41,740 bases of DNA from the NCBI RefSeq assembly GCF_037138395.1, contig NZ_JBAXIM010000001.1:1-41740 (forward strand). Reading direction: 5' to 3'. Made by a program: the position numbers and the translations under genes. This document shows, piece by piece, positions 36,391-41,740 of the stretch. This stretch comes from Phenylobacterium sp. Its GTDB lineage: Bacteria > Pseudomonadota > Alphaproteobacteria > Caulobacterales > Caulobacteraceae. The first letter of the stretch is position 1. Each line of letters starts with the position of its first letter. The notes below the pieces were generated by a model. That model was given only the letters and a program-made list of their open reading frames with translations. It was not told the DNA's origin and did no database searches.

Positions 36391-37527
36391 ATGGCCGTCA
36401 TCGCTGTTATCCGTGAGTCCCATCCCGGGGAAACCCGGGTCGCCGCCACGCCCGAGACTGTTCGCAAGCTGATCGCCGCCGGCTTCACCGTGGCCGTCGA
36501 GGCCGGAGCTGGCCAGCACGCTGCCTGCCTCGACGCCGACTACGCTGCCGCAGGCGCGCGGCTGGCCCCGTCCGCCGCCGACGCCGTCAAGGGTGCAGAC
36601 ATCCTCTTCGGCATCCGGATGCCCTCCGCCGAGGCCCTTTCGGCCCTGAAGCCGGGCGCCATCGTCGCGGCCTCGCTCAACCCCTACCAGGACCGCGCCG
36701 GGCTCGAGGCCCTCGCCGCCAGCGGGGTGGACGCCTATGCCCTGGAGTTCATTCCCCGGATCACCCGCGCCCAGGTGATGGATATCCTGTCCTCCCAGGC
36801 CAACCTCGCCGGCTACCGCGCCGTGATCGAGGCCAGCAGCGCCTATGGCCGCGCCCTGCCCATGATGATGACCGCCGCTGGCACCATCGCCGCGGCCAAG
36901 GTGTTCGTGATGGGGGTCGGCGTCGCCGGGCTCCAGGCCATAGCCACGGCCCGCCGACTGGGTGCCGTGGTCACCGCCACCGACGTCAGGCCGGCCACCA
37001 AGGAGCAGGTGGAGTCCCTTGGGGCCAAGTTCATCGCCGTCGAGGACGACGAATTCCGCAACGCCCAGACCGCCGGTGGCTACGCCAAGGAGATGAGCGC
37101 GGAGTACCAGGCCAAGCAGTCCGACTTGATCTCTGGCCACATCGGCAAGCAGGATATCGTCATCACCACCGCCCTGATCCCGGGCCGGCCGGCACCCCGC
37201 CTGGTCACGGCGGCCCAGGTCGCCTCCATGAAGGCCGGCTCGGTCCTCGTCGATCTCGCCGTTGAGCAGGGCGGAAATGTCGAGGGCGCGAAGGCCGGCG
37301 AGACCGTCGAAACGGACAACGGGGCAAAGATCCTCGGTATCGCCAACATGCCGGGTCGGGTTGCGGCGGACGCCTCGGCCCTGTTCGCCCGGAACCTGCT
37401 GGCTTTTTCGGGCCTTCTTCTCGACAAGGACGGGGCCCTTGCTCCCGACCTTGAAGATGAAATCCTCAAGGCTGCCCTGGTCGTCAGCGGTGGAAAGATC
37501 GTGCATCCGGCTCTCGCCGGATCCTGA
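36391..37527 (+). CDS. pntAa: NAD(P) transhydrogenase subunit alpha 1 (domain I)
   Basis: ETRVAATP, PRITRAQVMDILSSQANLAGY, GVGVAGLQA and GGYAKE motifs. Confidence 0.95.
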   Translation: MAVIAVIRESHPGETRVAATPETVRKLIAAGFTVAVEAGAGQHAACLDADYAAAGARLAPSAADAVKGADILFGIRMPSAEALSALKPGAIVAASLNPYQDRAGLEALAASGVDAYALEFIPRITRAQVMDILSSQANLAGYRAVIEASSAYGRALPMMMTAAGTIAAAKVFVMGVGVAGLQAIATARRLGAVVTATDVRPATKEQVESLGAKFIAVEDDEFRNAQTAGGYAKEMSAEYQAKQSDLISGHIGKQDIVITTALIPGRPAPRLVTAAQVASMKAGSVLVDLAVEQGGNVEGAKAGETVETDNGAKILGIANMPGRVAADASALFARNLLAFSGLLLDKDGALAPDLEDEILKAALVVSGGKIVHPALAGS

Positions 37528-37538
37528 TGGAGGTGCAC

Positions 37539-37874
37539 ATGGACGTTGATCCCACAGTCTTTCGGCTTGCCATCTTCGTTCTGGCCATCTTCATCGGCTA
37601 CTACGTGGTCTGGAGCGTCACTCCAGCCCTGCATACGCCCCTGATGGCGGTGACCAACGCGGTCTCCTCGGTGATCATCGTGGGGGCCCTGTTGGCTGCG
37701 GCCGCACAGGGCGCACCGGGCGCCGGCGCAGGTGCGGCGATGATCTCCAAGGGTGCAGGCGCCCTTGCCGCTGGACTGGCGGCGGTGAACATCTTCGGTG
37801 GCTTCCTCGTCACCCAAAGGATGCTGGCCATGTACAAGAAAAAAGAGCCCGCCAAGAAGGATGCCGCCAAGTGA
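37539..37874 (+). CDS. pntAb: NAD(P) transhydrogenase subunit alpha 2
   Basis: VTPALHTPLMAVTNAVS and NIFGGFLVTQRML motifs; ATG at 37539 after GGAGG. Confidence 0.95.
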   Translation: MDVDPTVFRLAIFVLAIFIGYYVVWSVTPALHTPLMAVTNAVSSVIIVGALLAAAAQGAPGAGAGAAMISKGAGALAAGLAAVNIFGGFLVTQRMLAMYKKKEPAKKDAAK

Positions 37875-39286
37875 GCGCCAACCTCGCCGCCATCCTCTAC
37901 CTGGTCTCCGGGGTGCTCTTCATCCTGGCCCTGCGCGGACTGTCCAGCCCGGTGACCAGCCAGGCGGGCAACCGCAACGGCATGATCGGCATGGCCCTTG
38001 CGATCGGCGTGACCCTCGTCACCCTGTTCAGCCAGGACAAGCTGGATGGCCTGACCGTCGGGCTGATACTCGGCGGCGTTGGCGTCGGGGGTGGGATCGG
38101 TGCGGTGATCGCACGCCGGGTGGCCATGACCTCCATGCCCCAGCTGGTGGCCGCCTTCCACAGCCTGGTCGGCCTTGCCGCCTGCCTCGTGGCGGTAGCC
38201 GCCGTCTATACGCCGGGCGCCTACGGGATCGGCGCGCCGGGCGCCATCCACGGCGGTTCCCTTGTGGAGCTGTCCCTGGGCCTGGCCATTGGCGCGGTGA
38301 CCTTCACGGGCTCGGTCATCGCCTTCGCCAAGCTGAACGGCAACATGTCGGGGGCGCCCATCCTGCTTCCCGCCCGGCATGTCGTGAACATACTGATCGG
38401 CCTTGCCCTGGTGGGCCTGGTCGGCGTTCTGGTGGTCAGCGGCGGTTCAGCCCTCTGGGCCTTCTGGGCCATTTTCGCCCTGGCCCTCATCCTCGGGATC
38501 ACCCTCATCATCCCCATCGGTGGCGCGGACATGCCCGTCGTGGTGTCCATGCTGAACAGCTATTCGGGCTGGGCGGCGGCGGCCCTGGGCTTCACCCTCG
38601 AGAATATCACCCTGATCATCACCGGTGCCCTCGTCGGCTCATCGGGGGCGATCCTGTCCTACATCATGTGCAAGGCGATGAACCGCAGCTTTGTCTCGGT
38701 CATCCTGGGCGGCTTCGGCGCTGACGACAGCGCAGCGGCGGCCGGCGGCCGGGTGGAGACCCGCCCGGTCAAGAAGGGCTCGGCGGAAGACGCGGCCTTC
38801 ATCATGAAGAACGCCTCCAAGGTGATCATCGTTCCCGGCTACGGCATGGCCGTCAGCCAGGCCCAGCATGCCCTGCGCGAGATGGCCGACAAGCTGAAGG
38901 AGGAAGGCGTCGACGTGAAGTACGCCATCCACCCCGTCGCTGGCCGCATGCCCGGGCACATGAACGTCCTGCTGGCCGAGGCCAACGTACCCTACGATGA
39001 GGTCTTCGAGCTCGAGGACATCAATGCCGAGTTTCCGACCGCGGACGTGGCCTTCGTCATCGGGGCCAACGACGTCACCAACCCGGCGGCTAAGACCGAC
39101 CGCTCCAGCGCCATCTACGGCATGCCCATCCTGGACGTCGAAAAGGCCCGGACCGTTCTGTTCGTGAAACGCGGAATGAGCTCGGGTTATGCCGGCGTCG
39201 AGAACGAGCTCTTCTTCCGCGACAACACCATGATGCTGTTCGGTGACGCCAAGAAGATGGTCGAGGGTATCCTCAAGTCCCTGTGA
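37871..39286 (+). CDS. pntB: NAD(P) transhydrogenase subunit beta
   Basis: MPQLVAAFHS, IGGADMPVVVSMLNSYSG, PGYGMAV, HPVAGRMPGHMN and GANDVTNP motifs. Confidence 0.96.
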   Translation: MSANLAAILYLVSGVLFILALRGLSSPVTSQAGNRNGMIGMALAIGVTLVTLFSQDKLDGLTVGLILGGVGVGGGIGAVIARRVAMTSMPQLVAAFHSLVGLAACLVAVAAVYTPGAYGIGAPGAIHGGSLVELSLGLAIGAVTFTGSVIAFAKLNGNMSGAPILLPARHVVNILIGLALVGLVGVLVVSGGSALWAFWAIFALALILGITLIIPIGGADMPVVVSMLNSYSGWAAAALGFTLENITLIITGALVGSSGAILSYIMCKAMNRSFVSVILGGFGADDSAAAAGGRVETRPVKKGSAEDAAFIMKNASKVIIVPGYGMAVSQAQHALREMADKLKEEGVDVKYAIHPVAGRMPGHMNVLLAEANVPYDEVFELEDINAEFPTADVAFVIGANDVTNPAAKTDRSSAIYGMPILDVEKARTVLFVKRGMSSGYAGVENELFFRDNTMMLFGDAKKMVEGILKSL

Positions 39287-39370
39287 AGCGCGACTTTCAG
39301 GAATTCAGCCTCCGCTTGCAGCACCCTTCCTCTGGGTACATGCTCCCTGTCGCCATCAGGGAGGCAAGTC

Positions 39371-39880
39371 ATGCGAAGTCTCGTAAACGGGCTTTTGCTC
39401 GCGTCGATTGTCCTACTTACATCGTGCTCAGGACCCAAGTCACCGGAAGCACCTGCCGCGCCCATCGTCTTTTCCATCCCCCTCGAGCCGAACACCAACG
39501 GAGTTCTCGAACCCCGGTCCGGGCGCGTCACGGTCGGGACCGGCCCCAAGGCCTATTCGGCGGACGTCGGCCTCAGCCCCAGCTGGTGGGTGACCGGCGA
39601 CGGTTTCAAGATCGTCTGGTTCGCCGGATTGAGCCAGACCCAGCGCTATTTCCAGATCAGCGGCGAGGCTCCCGGAGAGGCCGCCCGGCCCAAGCTGCTG
39701 AAGTCGCCCGAGGAATCAGTCCGGGAGGTGAGGGTGGCCTTCGATGGCGCGCCGCCTATCCGGGTCCTGCCCGAGGCGACGCGGGCCGTGTTCAAGCCAC
39801 CGGCGGGGGCCAAGGCCGTGACCTCGGTGGAGATCACCTTCGGCCCTGTGGCCGCCCCGGTCTCCTACACTTGGAAATAG
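39371..39880 (+). CDS. Hypothetical lipoprotein
   Basis: LTSC lipobox after a hydrophobic signal; GGGAGG RBS; GC3-rich codon usage in the body; no family recognised. Confidence 0.7.
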   Translation: MRSLVNGLLLASIVLLTSCSGPKSPEAPAAPIVFSIPLEPNTNGVLEPRSGRVTVGTGPKAYSADVGLSPSWWVTGDGFKIVWFAGLSQTQRYFQISGEAPGEAARPKLLKSPEESVREVRVAFDGAPPIRVLPEATRAVFKPPAGAKAVTSVEITFGPVAAPVSYTWK

Positions 39881-39911
39881 CCCCGACGGCTGCGACCTCC
39901 GGGGGGCCGTC

Positions 39912-40763
39912 TTGAGGGGCGAAGGCGTCGATATCGGCGGCCGGCGTCTGCGCGCCGTGAGGGCCGGACCTTCGGAAGGTGGACCGCTGGTCGTGTTGGA
40001 ATGCGGCGCTTTCGGCTGCGCCGCCGACTGGTTCGTCGTCCAGACCCTGCTGGCCGAGCAGGGCGTCCGGAGCCTGGCCTACGACCGGGCCGGCCTCGGG
40101 TATTCGGATCCGGGCCCGGATCCCCGCGACGCCCGGGCCATCGCCGCTGACCTGGAGGCCCTGGTCGCCTGTGTCGACCCGAACTCGCGCCTGGTTCTCG
40201 GCGGCCACTCCATGGCTGGGCTCTTCCTTCGCAGCCTCGCCCCCCGGGTCCGCCATCGCCTGGACGGCCTGGTGCTGGTGGACGCCGTGACCCCAGAGTC
40301 CAGCAAACATCCAGCTGTGGCCTGGATGGTCGGCGGCTTCCGCCTGGCCATGTTCGGGCTCGACCGGGTGGCCGACCTCGGCGTCATGCAGGCCTGGGCC
40401 CTGGTGGCCGGGGACCGGATCGGTCTTCCGCCTGAGGTTTCCCTTGAGAAGCGACAGATCTACGCCTCGGCCTCGCATGCGCGGACGGCGGCCCGGGAAG
40501 TGCAGCAATGGCCCGCCTCGGCCGAGCAGGGGCGGATGCAGGGGCCCTTCGATCCGGATCTGCCCGTGGCTGTCGTGACGGCGGGTGCCGTACCCCTGCC
40601 CGCCGACCTCCAGGCCCTCCAGAACGCGCCTGCTGTCGATTCCCGCGCCGGATGGGTGGACCGCGTTCCCGGGGCCCAACACGCCAGCCTTCTGGGCCCC
40701 CGGTTCGCCCACCGGGTCGTCCGCGGCTTCGAGCACGTTCTTTCCGTCAATCCTGCAGGCTAG
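39912..40763 (+). CDS. Alpha/beta fold hydrolase
   Basis: YDRAGLGYSD, GHSMAG, LVLVDA and AQH motifs; start uncertain. Confidence 0.85.
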   Translation: MRGEGVDIGGRRLRAVRAGPSEGGPLVVLECGAFGCAADWFVVQTLLAEQGVRSLAYDRAGLGYSDPGPDPRDARAIAADLEALVACVDPNSRLVLGGHSMAGLFLRSLAPRVRHRLDGLVLVDAVTPESSKHPAVAWMVGGFRLAMFGLDRVADLGVMQAWALVAGDRIGLPPEVSLEKRQIYASASHARTAAREVQQWPASAEQGRMQGPFDPDLPVAVVTAGAVPLPADLQALQNAPAVDSRAGWVDRVPGAQHASLLGPRFAHRVVRGFEHVLSVNPAG

Positions 40764-41740
40764 CCTCAAGGGCCGCTGCCCCGGCTTCGGTGGCGACGCC
40801 GCCGCAGGCCGCGATAAGGCGCGCTCGCGCCAGGGGGCGGAGCCGAACGCCTGAGCCCGGCGTCCCGGCGAGCCGGACGCCCTCCTCGGACACCACCGCG
40901 GCCAGGGCGCCCCGGCAGGGTGCAGGCGCTGCGGCCAGGGCCGCCCGAACCAGGGGTTCCAGGCGCGCCATCCTGCCGGCCAGCAGGCTGACGCGGGCAG
41001 GCCGGTCCGCCACGATCTCGAAGCGCCCGTCGAAGACCCCCGTCTCCCCGGCCTCCAGCACCAGGTCGACGACGCCTGAACGCCGGGCCTCCCCGGGTGA
41101 CCGGGTCCAGAGGATCCGGGTGCCGTCGGCAAGGATAAGCGCCCCGGCCAGTGTGGCGTGAACGGCTCCGTCGCCGGACAGCCGCTCGCAGAGCGCCCTG
41201 AGGGTGGCGGACCTGGGCGGCCTCGCGGACCCGGCGGCGGCCAGACAGGCGGCGCCCGCCACCTGGATCGCCGCGCCCCTGTCCGCCGTCCGGAAACGTC
41301 TACGGTCCAGGACCAGTCCGAAGGGTACCGCCTGCGCCTCGGCCGACAGGGCTGCAGCGGCCCCGTCCGCTTCGCCGAGGGAAATTTCCATCGCCTCCCT
41401 GTCGGGCTTGCTGGACAGGGCGAGCCGGGCGCGACTACGGGCGAACCGGACGTCGCTGTTGGCCGGATCCTCGATCCAGGATTCGCCCCGGGCGGCGAGC
41501 CACGCCCGCAGGTCTGACCGGTGGATTGCGAGCAAGGGGCGCAGGAGAAAGACGCCTCGGCCCTCGGGCCAGACGGGCGAAGGTGTCCATTCCCGGGGAG
41601 AGGGTGTGGTCCCGCCCATCGTCCGCATGACTTCGGCCTCCGAACGGTCGTCCGCCGTGTGCCCCATCAGGATCACGCGAGCACCCGCCGCGCGCGCGGC
41701 GTCAGCCAGGAGCCGGTGACGGGCCTGACGGGCAGCCGCG
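40747..41740 (-). CDS. tilS: tRNA(Ile)-lysidine synthase (5' part beyond window end)
   Basis: The frame continues to the window edge: AAARQARHRLL...GHTADD...LLRPLL...WIEDPANSDVRFARSRAR. Confidence 0.88.
   Translation of the reverse strand, partial: AAARQARHRLLADAARAAGARVILMGHTADDRSEAEVMRTMGGTTPSPREWTPSPVWPEGRGVFLLRPLLAIHRSDLRAWLAARGESWIEDPANSDVRFARSRARLALSSKPDREAMEISLGEADGAAAALSAEAQAVPFGLVLDRRRFRTADRGAAIQVAGAACLAAAGSARPPRSATLRALCERLSGDGAVHATLAGALILADGTRILWTRSPGEARRSGVVDLVLEAGETGVFDGRFEIVADRPARVSLLAGRMARLEPLVRAALAAAPAPCRGALAAVVSEEGVRLAGTPGSGVRLRPLARARLIAACGGVATEAGAAALEASLQD

Noticed and set aside
1-41740. CRISPR arrays, tRNA/rRNA, prophage, IS elements, defence systems
   Set aside because: No regularly spaced repeats, structural RNA signatures, or integrase, transposase or nuclease motifs were seen.

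Overview
High-GC alphaproteobacterial chromosomal segment; protein content and intergenic repeats suggest Caulobacteraceae (inference). It is densely coding, with about 36 genes and no rRNA, tRNA, CRISPR array, transposase or integrase. In order it holds: a thioesterase; a cytochrome b plus Tat-exported molybdoenzyme pair; ornithine decarboxylase plus a deoxyhypusine-synthase-like gene; a phosphorus-scavenging cluster (phnCDE, orphan pstS, PlcP-type phosphoesterase, GT4 glycosyltransferase, TetR); a DUF885 protein and amino-acid permease; a cobalamin-riboswitch btuBFCD operon; an acyl-CoA dehydrogenase; an AttEFGH-like ABC/lipocalin operon; a CuyA/DcyD-like lyase with a racemase; pepF; a tandem amidohydrolase pair; hydrolases; ctaH-pntAa-pntAb-pntB; and partial tilS. 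The most unusual element is the GT4 glycosyltransferase, which carries an in-frame N-terminal TetR-type helix-turn-helix and has an inverted repeat over its own start codon, suggesting a self-regulating glycolipid synthase. Two families of palindromic intergenic repeats occur between convergent genes. All family calls come from motif recognition by eye, not database searches.
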